In this document: positions 30,930 through 40,464 of the stretch, one piece after another
Layout: each line of letters begins with the position of its first letter
Numbering within the stretch: the stretch's first letter is position 1
Origin: Candidatus Heimdallarchaeota archaeon
Lineage (GTDB): Archaea > Asgardarchaeota > Heimdallarchaeia > JABLTI01
Assembly (NCBI GenBank): GCA_018238155.1
Contig: JABCTZ010000041.1
Coordinates: 32,001-96,000 of the forward strand
Length of the DNA: 64,000 bases
Direction: 5' to 3'
Program-made: the position numbers and the translations under genes
The notes under the pieces: model-generated
Database searches by the model: none
What the model saw: the letters and a program-made list of their open reading frames with translations, nothing else
Told to the model about the DNA's origin: nothing

Positions 30930-31088
30930 ACCTTTCTCTAAATTACACTAACAACTTTCAATCATAAAAGTATCCTATTGATTTTTTGCTTGAAGAAGTA
31001 GCTTGTCCATAAAAAAAAACTCTTAAAGCTTAAACAACTTAACTTAGAATAAGAAAAAACCTAACACTAATAACTGGAGAGTTTTTAT

Positions 31089-33347
31089 TTGTCTGAAATA
31101 ATAAATGAATTAGAACTTAGTAATAATGAAGAGAAAATTTATCTTTTACTTCTCTCAATGGGACAACTTTCAACAGCAGAAATTGCGCAAATGATTGAAG
31201 GAAAGGTTTCCGAAGTAGAAAATAATGTAAATATATTGATTGGTAAAGATTTGGTTTTTCCAAATCCGGGTATTGTCAAAAAATATTCAGCAGTTTATCC
31301 TTTGGTTTCTCTCTCAGAAAAAGCAAAAGATTCCCTTGACATAGTACAATCTCTTGGTGAAGAAATTAACACTTATTCTGCAGAAAAATTTGAAACCTTA
31401 GATAAAATTCTGAATAATCAAAAAGAAACTATCATTAAAATAGCCACAGAAGCGAAAGAAGAAAACAGACTTTCAACTGATTCAGCAACAACAGAAATAT
31501 CTTCAGATATTGAAAAATTGATTGATGATATAAGTCAGATCCTAAACACCGAAAGTCTAGTAATTACTGAATTAGCCACCAGCACGACTATCAATATTAA
31601 TAAACACTATCAGGAAACAAATGAAACTGTTGGTAATGCAATAAGCTCTACTGTTAGCAATGTAGTCAATTCTTTAAATGAATCACAAACAAGTATCACA
31701 AAATCCTTTGATGATTCATCATTAAAAGTAGGTACTGCAGCTGGTGTCTTAGAGAATAGCTTACAAGCTTTACTTGATAATAATTTGAGTGAGAATATCT
31801 CTATCAACAAAGAAATACATGCTAAATTAAACAAAGCTATTGAGGAATACAATAAAGCATCTTTAAATAATGTGAACCTCAATGGACAAACTATTTCTGA
31901 TAATTATGCAAGTGTCATAGATGTTGTTAATACAAGATTAACTTCTCAAGGGAAAGAAACAAATCAAATTCTCGGAGAGCGTATACGCAATATTTCAGAT
32001 TCAATGGGTGAAATGAATAATGAGTTTGCAAAACTTATCAAAGATAAACTAAATGGTGTTCGAAGAGAATACCAACAGCTAATAGAATCACTCACTCGAA
32101 ATGTTGAAACGTTATTTGTTGATGCAAATGCACAACTTCAAAGTTCAATTGCTGCAAAGACAAAAACGAATGAGGATAGATTGAATAATCTCTTCAAATT
32201 ACTTGAAGAAAACTTGGAGAAAAATGCAAGTGATACTCGAATAGAAGTTAAAAACAAAGAAAACCGTGTAAGTACAGAATTGAAAGCAGTCGCTGAAATT
32301 ACAAATAGAAAAATGACTGAAATAAATGAAAAACTGTCCATGGAAATTAATAATAACCTCAATAAATCACGCACAGATTCTGAAACAACCAAAAATGACA
32401 TGAGCCAAAAAATAACTTCAGCTGCAACAGATTTCAAGTCAAAATACCATGAAGCAAGAGATGGTACACAATCTAGTGTTGCAAAAGAGTTCCAGAATCA
32501 AGAAACGATATTTACATCCATTGGTTCCAAAATTCTAGAAGATATTCGCACACTAAATAATTCCAGTGAAAATCAAACTAAAGCTTTCATTAAGGAAACA
32601 GAAAAACGCGCAAACGCGGCCATAGCAAAAATAGAAATGCCCTCAAAAACTCTTCTAAATCGAGGAAAACATGCGGCATTAAAAACAGTACAAACACAAT
32701 ATGCTTTGGTCAATAAAACAATTGATGTGGCTCAAACAGGATTGGAAGATACAATTATCTCAGAGATTTCAGAAGTTAAGAACCAATTCAAAGGTTATGG
32801 TGATAAATTTAAAGACACCAATAAAACAATTGAACGTCTTCTAGCAAACCTTGAATTAACTTATCAAGAACTAATAACTCGAACTAAAGATGTTCCAAGA
32901 CCAACAATTACTACTTCGATACTTCTCGGAAGAAATGCTGTTCTAAATCAAATGGAAGAGATTTTGACTCGAGTAAAATCAACAATTACAGTAGTTTATC
33001 CAAAAATTGGTGATATACATGTTAATGCACTTTTAGATAGTAATCCAAGAACAAGAATTATTGTCATATCTGATTTTGATACATTCAAAAATGCTGATTT
33101 GATCAAGCAATTAATGTCAAAAGAAAACATTCAATTGAAATCTTTGGTTACAAGTTCAACCATTAAACCATATTTCGCAATAGGCAGAGATGCTGAAGAA
33201 GGTTTAATAGCTAGTATCGATGATTCTGAACAGGTAATTGGTTTTACAAGCAAATCACAAGCGTTTGTTGAATTAATAAGTGCAGAGATAATCAATACAA
33301 TTATTACTCCAAAAACAAAAAGAGTAGTGTTACCTCAAACAGAATAA
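31089..33347 (+). CDS. TrmB-type wHTH, long helical/coiled-coil region and C-terminal TrmB/PLD-like domain
   Basis: LSNNEEKIYLLLLSMGQLSTAEIA...LIGKDLV...YSAVYP; about 500 aa of amphipathic helices; ILLGRNAVLNQMEEILTRVKSTITVVYP...RDAEEGLIA. Confidence 0.75.
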   Translation: MSEIINELELSNNEEKIYLLLLSMGQLSTAEIAQMIEGKVSEVENNVNILIGKDLVFPNPGIVKKYSAVYPLVSLSEKAKDSLDIVQSLGEEINTYSAEKFETLDKILNNQKETIIKIATEAKEENRLSTDSATTEISSDIEKLIDDISQILNTESLVITELATSTTININKHYQETNETVGNAISSTVSNVVNSLNESQTSITKSFDDSSLKVGTAAGVLENSLQALLDNNLSENISINKEIHAKLNKAIEEYNKASLNNVNLNGQTISDNYASVIDVVNTRLTSQGKETNQILGERIRNISDSMGEMNNEFAKLIKDKLNGVRREYQQLIESLTRNVETLFVDANAQLQSSIAAKTKTNEDRLNNLFKLLEENLEKNASDTRIEVKNKENRVSTELKAVAEITNRKMTEINEKLSMEINNNLNKSRTDSETTKNDMSQKITSAATDFKSKYHEARDGTQSSVAKEFQNQETIFTSIGSKILEDIRTLNNSSENQTKAFIKETEKRANAAIAKIEMPSKTLLNRGKHAALKTVQTQYALVNKTIDVAQTGLEDTIISEISEVKNQFKGYGDKFKDTNKTIERLLANLELTYQELITRTKDVPRPTITTSILLGRNAVLNQMEEILTRVKSTITVVYPKIGDIHVNALLDSNPRTRIIVISDFDTFKNADLIKQLMSKENIQLKSLVTSSTIKPYFAIGRDAEEGLIASIDDSEQVIGFTSKSQAFVELISAEIINTIITPKTKRVVLPQTE

Positions 33348-33368
33348 GTATTTTAAATTTAAAAAATG

Positions 33369-33400
33369 ACTTGATGTATTATCATCAAGTTTCTTTTCTT
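33369..33400 (+). terminator. Hairpin plus U-tract after the TrmB-like gene
   Basis: acttgatg-tattat-catcaagt (33369-33390) followed by ttcttttctt. Confidence 0.45.
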
Positions 33401-33451
33401 ATTTTTTATCAAAATGTCTTCAATAGTAAGCTAAATAAATAATTTTGACCA

Positions 33452-34147
33452 TTGTTATTTATGGTGATAAAAAAAATGACTTATAATAAGCATTTTTCTA
33501 AAGTGTTCTTTGTTCTATTATTTTCATTGATTATATTTAATGTTTTATTTTCAGTTTACAATGTAAATGCTGATTATAATATTGAAGAAGGAGACACTTT
33601 CTATTTCAAAGTAATTACATTACATGATTTATCTGGTTCCAATTTTACTTATTATAATGCTTATTTTGATGTTGCATTTTCTACTGATTCAGAAATAACT
33701 TTAGTTGTTGAAACTGTTCTTAAACTCACAAATTCAACACAAATGAAAATTAGTTTAGTGGTGGATGATAATTCTTCTTGGAGAACGGCTATTTTAAGTC
33801 AATATATTTTTGTAAATCGAAATTGGGAAGACCTTGAAGAGGAATGGGCACCACCAATATACGAAGTTTATGAAACAAAAAAAGTTTGGGGATTAACGAG
33901 CTCCGCTTCAGGTGAATTGAAAGTTGAATATGTAAAAAAAGATGGTGTGCTCAATAGATTCTACGCATATGAATATCCACTAATAACAGCTATCGGTATT
34001 AAAGAAATCTTAATCGTAAGAACTGATGTTAACTTTGAAGAATTAACTTTCTCAACAGGATTAACTTGGTTGGCTATTTTACCCATTTTTATTCTGGGTG
34101 TTTCTCTGATTATACGCTATCAGTTTAAAATGACAAAAAATAGATAA
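33452..34147 (+). CDS. Secreted, C-terminally anchored surface protein
   Basis: Signal peptide ending VNA-DY, YNIEEGDTFYF, YVKKDGVL, C-terminal TM; start is probably a few codons in. Confidence 0.6.
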   Translation: MLFMVIKKMTYNKHFSKVFFVLLFSLIIFNVLFSVYNVNADYNIEEGDTFYFKVITLHDLSGSNFTYYNAYFDVAFSTDSEITLVVETVLKLTNSTQMKISLVVDDNSSWRTAILSQYIFVNRNWEDLEEEWAPPIYEVYETKKVWGLTSSASGELKVEYVKKDGVLNRFYAYEYPLITAIGIKEILIVRTDVNFEELTFSTGLTWLAILPIFILGVSLIIRYQFKMTKNR

Positions 34148-34229
34148 AGCTAAAATTCCCTCTTTTGACATGAGCAAATAGTATTTTATGTTACGAAATA
34201 ACATCGCATCAAAAGAGGCAAACTTACCT

Positions 34230-35261
34230 ATGAAAGTAGGAATAAACGGAACTGGATTAATAACGAGAGCATTGGTAAAGCTAGTAGCTTTAAATGAAGA
34301 ATTCAAAAATATAGAAATTGCTCAAATAAATGGGCGAACAATGACTATTAACCGCTTAAAAGATCTGTTACTCTATTCTAGCTCGCAAGGGCATTCAAAC
34401 TTAGATGTTTCTATCAACTATGATACCAACGAATTACTTGTTAATGGAAATAAAATCAAATATACTGCTAATTCTAAGCCAGAAGATATCCAATGGTTAC
34501 CAGAAATTGAATTACTAATTGAAGCAACTGGAACTTTCAGAGATGATACAAAAAACAGCAAAGATCCAAATAGGCATTTTAAGTCATTAAATAATAATCT
34601 AAAGGGAATTGTAATCACTGCACCCGGAAAAGGTAGCATTGTTGATTACATGTGGATAGCTTCTCCGGATTTAGAACAAGAAATAACTACTGTCACATCT
34701 GCTAAGAAACCATTTGTAATAGGAGCAGCAAGTTGCACAACAACAGCAGCTATACCAATAGTTGACACCCTCGATGAGGTATTCGGTATAGAGTCATGTT
34801 ATTTAACTACAGTTCATGCTGTAACAAGATCACAAGATATATTGGATGGTTCTAAAGGCTGGTGTGCAATGGACACACAACTTCATTCTACAGGGGCAAC
34901 GAAAGCAACAAACAAAGTGCTAAAGAAAAGCATTCCAATGAGTGGTATTGCGTTTAGAACATCAGATAAAGCCGGCAGTTTTATACAAATAGATGCCGTT
35001 CTAAATAAAGAGATAATAAAAGAAAATCTTCTTGATGCGTTCAAAAATAGCAAATACAAAAGTTCTTTTGCCTACTCAACAGTATCGAATCCTCCTTCAA
35101 GTTATGTTCGAGGGAATAAAGCAATGGTTGTTCTCATACCTGACGAATTTGTGATTATTGACAAAAAGAGAGTAATAATTAAGGGCCTCTATGATAATGA
35201 AGAAGGATATACAAATCATCTGTTGCAATTAATTAACTTCGTCATTTCAAAAATGAAGTAA
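34230..35261 (+). CDS. Divergent class I GAPDH-family dehydrogenase
   Basis: MKVGINGTGLITR, EATGTF, ITAPGK, ASCTTT, TTVHA, STGATKA, YDNE. Confidence 0.8.
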   Translation: MKVGINGTGLITRALVKLVALNEEFKNIEIAQINGRTMTINRLKDLLLYSSSQGHSNLDVSINYDTNELLVNGNKIKYTANSKPEDIQWLPEIELLIEATGTFRDDTKNSKDPNRHFKSLNNNLKGIVITAPGKGSIVDYMWIASPDLEQEITTVTSAKKPFVIGAASCTTTAAIPIVDTLDEVFGIESCYLTTVHAVTRSQDILDGSKGWCAMDTQLHSTGATKATNKVLKKSIPMSGIAFRTSDKAGSFIQIDAVLNKEIIKENLLDAFKNSKYKSSFAYSTVSNPPSSYVRGNKAMVVLIPDEFVIIDKKRVIIKGLYDNEEGYTNHLLQLINFVISKMK

Positions 35262-35273
35262 AATAAATCAAAT

Positions 35274-35318
35274 AGATCAATAGCAAATAGCTAGGAATAT
35301 CCTAATGCCTATTGATCT
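35274..35318. terminator. Long hairpin between convergent genes
   Basis: agatcaatag (35274-35283) pairs with ctattgatct (35309-35318), with an inner tagga/tccta stem. Confidence 0.45.
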
Positions 35319-35328
35319 TCAATTTCTT

Positions 35329-35496
35329 TTAAAGGAAGAAAGCTAGTGCAAATAAAGCTCCAGTGAAAAGTAATCCTGAAATCATTGATAAGCTGATAAT
35401 TAGAATTGCTTTTCTAAAGTCTTGTTTTATCATTTCAGGGAAATTGATATCGCCTTCAATGAGCTCTGCTTTTGGGAGTGAAATTTTGCTTGACAT
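35329..35496 (-). CDS. Small single-TM (tail-anchored) protein, 55 aa
   Basis: GGAGG 7 nt before ATG 35496; MSSKISLPKAE...FRKAILIISLSMISGLLFTGALFALAFFL. Confidence 0.65.
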   Translation of the reverse strand: MSSKISLPKAELIEGDINFPEMIKQDFRKAILIISLSMISGLLFTGALFALAFFL

Positions 35497-35510
35497 CTTT
35501 TTACCTCCAT

Positions 35511-36224
35511 CTACTGCATTTGATATTTCTTTGTTAGACCATTCACAGCACAGAATTTGAAGTAGTACTGATAAATGCCCATGAAAGTCATGATCAAAGG
35601 CAACATAAGTGTTAACATCCAAAATGGATTAGCACCTAGTAACATTATTGTTAAAGCACCACCGATTACAAAAGGTAACATTGACATGCCCATTAGCAAC
35701 CGTTTCATGCGTTCTGCAGGACCGATATTGCATTGACCTGGTTTGTAACCTATAGATTTGAAAATAAATTTCTGCATCATTGATCTAGATGCTTTAGGGT
35801 CAAAGGGAGTATCATCTTCAACTAAATCCTCGGTTTTCAAGTATTCTCCGAAATCATCAGCAAGTTCATTCATCTGTTGTTGCGAAGTGCTAAAAAAGTC
35901 AACATTGTATTTTTCTATTAAATAATTTAAGTAATTAGAAGCTTTCTTGAGATTCTTTTGGAGTTTATCTACTACCTCTTGATCCATTTTCTCTTTATCA
36001 CCGAAAATTAACAAAATATCTGAGACCTCATCTAAAGCATAGAGTTTGTTTTCCAAAACAATATACTTGAGTTTATCATCACTCATTTCATTTGCAAATT
36101 GTGAGAGTGCAACAAAAAAACCAGACTGTAATAAATACCAATCTTCTGATAAGGCTATATCTGGATCTCGATTATAATAAAATATTGGTAAACTTTCTTT
36201 TATAACTAAAATTTCATCTAGCAT
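35511..36224 (-). CDS. Longin-like domain fused to a YgaP/DUF2892-like two-TM domain
   Basis: EILVIKESLPIFY...LQSGFFVALSQFANEM...LKYIVLEN longin pattern; PGQCNIGPAER...two TMs...KFCAVNG. Confidence 0.65.
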   Translation of the reverse strand: MLDEILVIKESLPIFYYNRDPDIALSEDWYLLQSGFFVALSQFANEMSDDKLKYIVLENKLYALDEVSDILLIFGDKEKMDQEVVDKLQKNLKKASNYLNYLIEKYNVDFFSTSQQQMNELADDFGEYLKTEDLVEDDTPFDPKASRSMMQKFIFKSIGYKPGQCNIGPAERMKRLLMGMSMLPFVIGGALTIMLLGANPFWMLTLMLPLIMTFMGIYQYYFKFCAVNGLTKKYQMQ

Positions 36225-36420
36225 AAAACTAACCTCCTAATTTGGTGTGACTTTTAATTGTCTTTTACTAGATTTAACAAGGGATATGTAAATTAAATAA
36301 CTACCATGTTAGAATCTAACTAAAGAAGAATGTTTTAACTAAGAATCTTACCTTTTACAGCACTTTTATTAATTAACGGTGTAATCTTTAAGAGCAACTA
36401 GCAAAATGAGTAGGTCATGA

Positions 36421-37002
36421 ATGGTAGATGAAAGTGAATATTTGATAGGTGGAGATGAACTTTTTCATCACACTCGTTTTACTAAACATTTTGAGTTTAT
36501 GTTAGAAAATTATAAACCAAATAATAAACCAGTAGCATTTTTCATGAGTTGTTCAAAACATAAACCATTTTACAAATCACCCTATCGTCGAGTATTCAAT
36601 GCAATGATTGAAAAAAAACTCAACATTAGAAAAATAAGTCAAATTTACACTGTTTCAGAACCAGCAATATTGATTCCTGAGGAACTTGATGATACTAATA
36701 TAACTAGATATGATTTTCCACCAGCTGCAATGCAAACAGAAGGTAGAAGAATATTTATTGAACGTCTAGCAGCTGTTTTACCTAAACATCTTTTGGCTCA
36801 CGAAAAGATATTTTATATCCTTCCAAAACACCACCGAGGTATTTTTGAGGCATCTTTAAAGATAATTGCTGAAGATACTACTACTAATACTATAGACAAA
36901 ACTCTTATTGCTTCACGAATTAAATATGCACCTCCACTTACGTACAATCTCCCTAAAGCAAAGGCTATCATTGTACAAACATTAGATTTGCAAATTGAAT
37001 AG
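36421..37002 (+). CDS. DUF5591-like protein (domain found in archaeosine synthase-related proteins)
   Basis: AFFMSCSKHKPFYKSP, TVSEPAILIPEELD, YDFPP. Confidence 0.7.
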   Translation: MVDESEYLIGGDELFHHTRFTKHFEFMLENYKPNNKPVAFFMSCSKHKPFYKSPYRRVFNAMIEKKLNIRKISQIYTVSEPAILIPEELDDTNITRYDFPPAAMQTEGRRIFIERLAAVLPKHLLAHEKIFYILPKHHRGIFEASLKIIAEDTTTNTIDKTLIASRIKYAPPLTYNLPKAKAIIVQTLDLQIE

Positions 37003-37028
37003 AAGTCTAAGTAAGGTGTTTACAAAAA

Positions 37029-38153
37029 ATGAGCAACATTTCAAACCAATCAAATGGTTTTGCAAAACAGCTAACAACCAAAATTCATGCAAAGAATTTT
37101 GACACTCCTACAATGATGCTTACTTATTCTTTTCGTTTAAATAATCCTCGACCTTGGAAAAAAATACCTAATTGTTCTGTCATGACAAATGCATATGATA
37201 TACTACAAAATGGTCGATTAGAGAATCGAATTCGAACGAAAGGAATTCACTCTGAATTAGAATTAAATGGTGAAATTTGTGCCATGGATTCCGGTGGATT
37301 CCAATTCATCTCTCGAGGTGAAGGAGAAAAAATAGATCCGCTAAAAGTTATTGAATTACAGAACCAATCAAATGTTGATATTGCAGTTTGTTTAGATTAT
37401 CCAATATTGCAAAACTTTTCTCAAAATAAAAACAAAAAATTGACTCAACAATCATTGGAAAACATCAAACTATCTCATCAAAATATCAAAAATGGTATTG
37501 AAGTTTTGCCAGTACTTCATGGAACAACTACAGATGAAATTCGTTCTTTTCAACAACAGATAAAACAGATAGGTGATTTCAAGATCTGGGGGATAGGTGG
37601 TTTGGTCCCACAAATGAAACAATCATCAACATCCCATAAAAGATATTTTAGCATTATAGATCGAGTAATAGAAGCTAGAAAAGGACTGAATAAAATTGAT
37701 GATAACATTTTGTTACACATTTTCGGTGTAGGAAGTCCTTTAGCAGGGTTACTCTTCTTGTTGAGTGGGGCAGACAGTATAGAAAGTATTTCATGGATTA
37801 TGAACGCAAAATATTTCTTAGTTTACCAAGATAAAATTGGAGCAAGAAAAGTATCAAAAAAGACCACTATGTGCACAACTAGTGTTAAATGGGAAGAATA
37901 TAATTGTACCTGCCCAATTTGTCACAACATTGGTTTAGGTGATATAGAAGAAAAAATGAAAGCCAGCGGAAACATTGGATTCCAAAATAGAGCAATGCAT
38001 AATGCGTATGTTTATCAAAAGATACTTGTTGAAGCGAAAGAAGCTATTAATGAAAATCGATTGGTAGAATTGTGTAAAGAAAAGTTAGGTCATCACCGCT
38101 TCTTCAAAGGGATTCTAAATTATACTCTAAAGAAATTGGAAAATTGCCTCTAA
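37029..38153 (+). CDS. tRNA-guanine transglycosylase family protein (no PUA domain)
   Basis: DTPT, MTNAY, MDSGGFQ, LDYP, PVLHG, GIGGLVP, LHIFGVG, Zn site CTCPIC...HN. Confidence 0.88.
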   Translation: MSNISNQSNGFAKQLTTKIHAKNFDTPTMMLTYSFRLNNPRPWKKIPNCSVMTNAYDILQNGRLENRIRTKGIHSELELNGEICAMDSGGFQFISRGEGEKIDPLKVIELQNQSNVDIAVCLDYPILQNFSQNKNKKLTQQSLENIKLSHQNIKNGIEVLPVLHGTTTDEIRSFQQQIKQIGDFKIWGIGGLVPQMKQSSTSHKRYFSIIDRVIEARKGLNKIDDNILLHIFGVGSPLAGLLFLLSGADSIESISWIMNAKYFLVYQDKIGARKVSKKTTMCTTSVKWEEYNCTCPICHNIGLGDIEEKMKASGNIGFQNRAMHNAYVYQKILVEAKEAINENRLVELCKEKLGHHRFFKGILNYTLKKLENCL

Positions 38154-38260
38154 CATAATTGTTTTTTATAGGCAAATTCATAATAATATTTAGAATTAAA
38201 TTGGAATTTTAGAGCCCTCTCTTGTAATTTTGTTTAATTTAAATTAAATTTATATAAAAG

Positions 38261-39199
38261 GTGAATATCATTTTGAAAAAAACATCAATAGCTACAGCTG
38301 TAATCCTATTTATTTTATCGTTAAATTGTACCAATATTGCAAGCACCCTTCCAAGTGAACCAATTTGGGGAGTATCTCCAGGGGATACTTATGATTTCAA
38401 TTTAAATTACATTGAAATTGATTGTTCTCTTCCACTCATTAATTATAATGGAACAGGATTAACGTTTGCAAATGATAGCTTTGTTGAACAAAATTCGACA
38501 ATATCTTTCAATATTACAAACATTGACGAAATACAAATTGATTATAACTTAACAAATAATGGAATAAACGAAAATAACTATCGAATTTCAAGCAATTTCT
38601 CTAATGAGTTATCTTTCTTACTTAACCTACCTTTCAAATTTATTTCAGAAGAAGTAAATATTTCTGATATCAAAAGAGGTTTTACCGGAATAGATTACTT
38701 AATTGTACCAACACTAAATGAAACTTGGGACGAATTTGACTCATATGATAATCCAATATATCTAACAATTATAGAAGAAGCATATGCTTCTGAAGCAGAA
38801 ATTAATTTGGAAGGATTAACAACTATAAGTCAAGTTACTGACGAATCTATTTTTGATTGGTATGTAAATGGAACATACGTAGATGAAGCAAACGGTACAA
38901 ACTTCCAATTTGTTTATAGCTTGAAGATGGCTTATGAGCTATCTACTGGAATTCTTCTTGGAATGAGAGTTTCTTTGGAAATAGAAGGTGAAAATTGTTG
39001 TGAACCAACTTCCATAATTATTCATTCTGAAGTAGAGCGAAATGGTTATAGTCTTGGTGATTTTCTTCTACCATCAGGAGAAAACAGTGATATTGCTCGA
39101 TTTCTTTCAGACTTTTTGCCAGGCTTTGGTTGGATAATTGTTCCAATAGTTTTTGCTCCTCTAATATTGGTTAAAAATAAAAAAAGAGAAAGAAAATAA
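38261..39199 (+). CDS. Secreted, C-terminally anchored surface protein (choice-of-anchor S-like)
   Basis: Signal peptide; AYELSTGILLGMR; PGF followed by TM and a basic tail. Confidence 0.65.
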   Translation: MNIILKKTSIATAVILFILSLNCTNIASTLPSEPIWGVSPGDTYDFNLNYIEIDCSLPLINYNGTGLTFANDSFVEQNSTISFNITNIDEIQIDYNLTNNGINENNYRISSNFSNELSFLLNLPFKFISEEVNISDIKRGFTGIDYLIVPTLNETWDEFDSYDNPIYLTIIEEAYASEAEINLEGLTTISQVTDESIFDWYVNGTYVDEANGTNFQFVYSLKMAYELSTGILLGMRVSLEIEGENCCEPTSIIIHSEVERNGYSLGDFLLPSGENSDIARFLSDFLPGFGWIIVPIVFAPLILVKNKKRERK

Positions 39200-39253
39200 A
39201 ACAAATGAAAGAAAAGTACAAGACTTGTGCTTTTCATTTCTATCAATTTTCAA

Positions 39254-40372
39254 TTACATTTGAATTCTACTTACTTCTTTTTTGAATTCATTTGGATCCA
39301 AATCTAAGGATAAATCTATAATTCCACGTGAACCAACAGCAAAAATGCGATTTTTTAATCCATTAACAATAATTTTAGTGTTAGTAAAATTTGCAATAAC
39401 TGAATTTTCACAATTAGTAAATGATATAAGATTTTCTTTGGAAAAAATCAAATTATTATTCTTGTCTTTTGGATAAATATCTGAATGATAAACCTTTAAC
39501 CAATCTCCCAAATCATTCCATTCTTTCTGATATTCAACAGTAGCAAAAGTCATTTCAGGAATGAGCAATCTATGAATAATTTTTGAAAAATCACAGAACG
39601 GACATTTTGCAAGGAATTCTTCTGCAGTTGAACATGATTCCATCAAATTAACAATTTCTTTCAAAATTCCTTGAATTGAAACAAGCTCATCATCAGGATA
39701 AGGATATAATTCTTTCAATTCTGCAAGCGTTACATGTTTCATAGTTAATATTTGATTTTTAAGATAAGCAACTTTAACACAAACCATCATTGTTTCGGCA
39801 ATCATATCATCTTTTGGTATTGTTCCTTTGAGCATAAATTCAATTGCCTTATCCCCTTTTACTTTTATATACGAAAATGCCGGGTTCTTGGTTCCGGTTG
39901 TTAAAACGGTTCCTGACGAAAAATTACTTTGCTCAATTTTATCTAGAATTGTTGCTATTGCTTTTGTCACAGCAGGACTATGATATTGATCACAAGCAGC
40001 TAGAATGAGAATATCATCATCCTCAGATTCAATGGCAGCAGCAATAATGGGTGAACCAGTTCCCTTTCCTGGGTCAGTAATAATTCTTGTTGGTTGCAAA
40101 TCTTGATCACTCATTTTTTCATTTATAGAAGGTGTACCAAAAAGCAAGGATTCATTGTGAGGGATGAAAATTAATGGCATTAATAATAAAGGGGTCCCCG
40201 CATAAGGATCAATAGGTATTTTAGGTTTGTATATTTTGGCATTTTTTATTGGAATATTCAAATCAATGGTCTTAAAAATCGGAGATAGACGAGTGCTACT
40301 ACGTTCTTTACCAATACCTAATTCAATTTCTTTTTGTGTTATTTCACGAGCTAGCATAACAAGTTTTTTCAA
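39254..40372 (-). CDS. Divergent mannose-1-phosphate guanylyltransferase-like nucleotidyltransferase
   Basis: STRLSP...KPK, DPGKGTG, ACDQ, FSYIK, DFS, WNDLGDW, KDKNNN, NCENSVI...IIVNGLKN. Confidence 0.6.
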   Translation of the reverse strand: MKKLVMLAREITQKEIELGIGKERSSTRLSPIFKTIDLNIPIKNAKIYKPKIPIDPYAGTPLLLMPLIFIPHNESLLFGTPSINEKMSDQDLQPTRIITDPGKGTGSPIIAAAIESEDDDILILAACDQYHSPAVTKAIATILDKIEQSNFSSGTVLTTGTKNPAFSYIKVKGDKAIEFMLKGTIPKDDMIAETMMVCVKVAYLKNQILTMKHVTLAELKELYPYPDDELVSIQGILKEIVNLMESCSTAEEFLAKCPFCDFSKIIHRLLIPEMTFATVEYQKEWNDLGDWLKVYHSDIYPKDKNNNLIFSKENLISFTNCENSVIANFTNTKIIVNGLKNRIFAVGSRGIIDLSLDLDPNEFKKEVSRIQM

Positions 40373-40464
40373 AGAACATCACCAGGATAAGAATAACCGT
40401 TTGAATAATTGAGGAGCTCATAATAGATATTAATATTTTTGCAAGAAAACAGAAAAAGAAAGAA

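Noticed and set aside
35497-35622. N-terminal extension of ORF 35329-35622
   Set aside because: It overlaps the longin gene, and a GGAGG site supports the start at 35496.
37029-38153. DpdA-based DNA 7-deazaguanine modification island
   Set aside because: No dpdB/C, queC/D/E or folE nearby; motifs look closer to tRNA-type TGT. Not excluded, but unsupported here.
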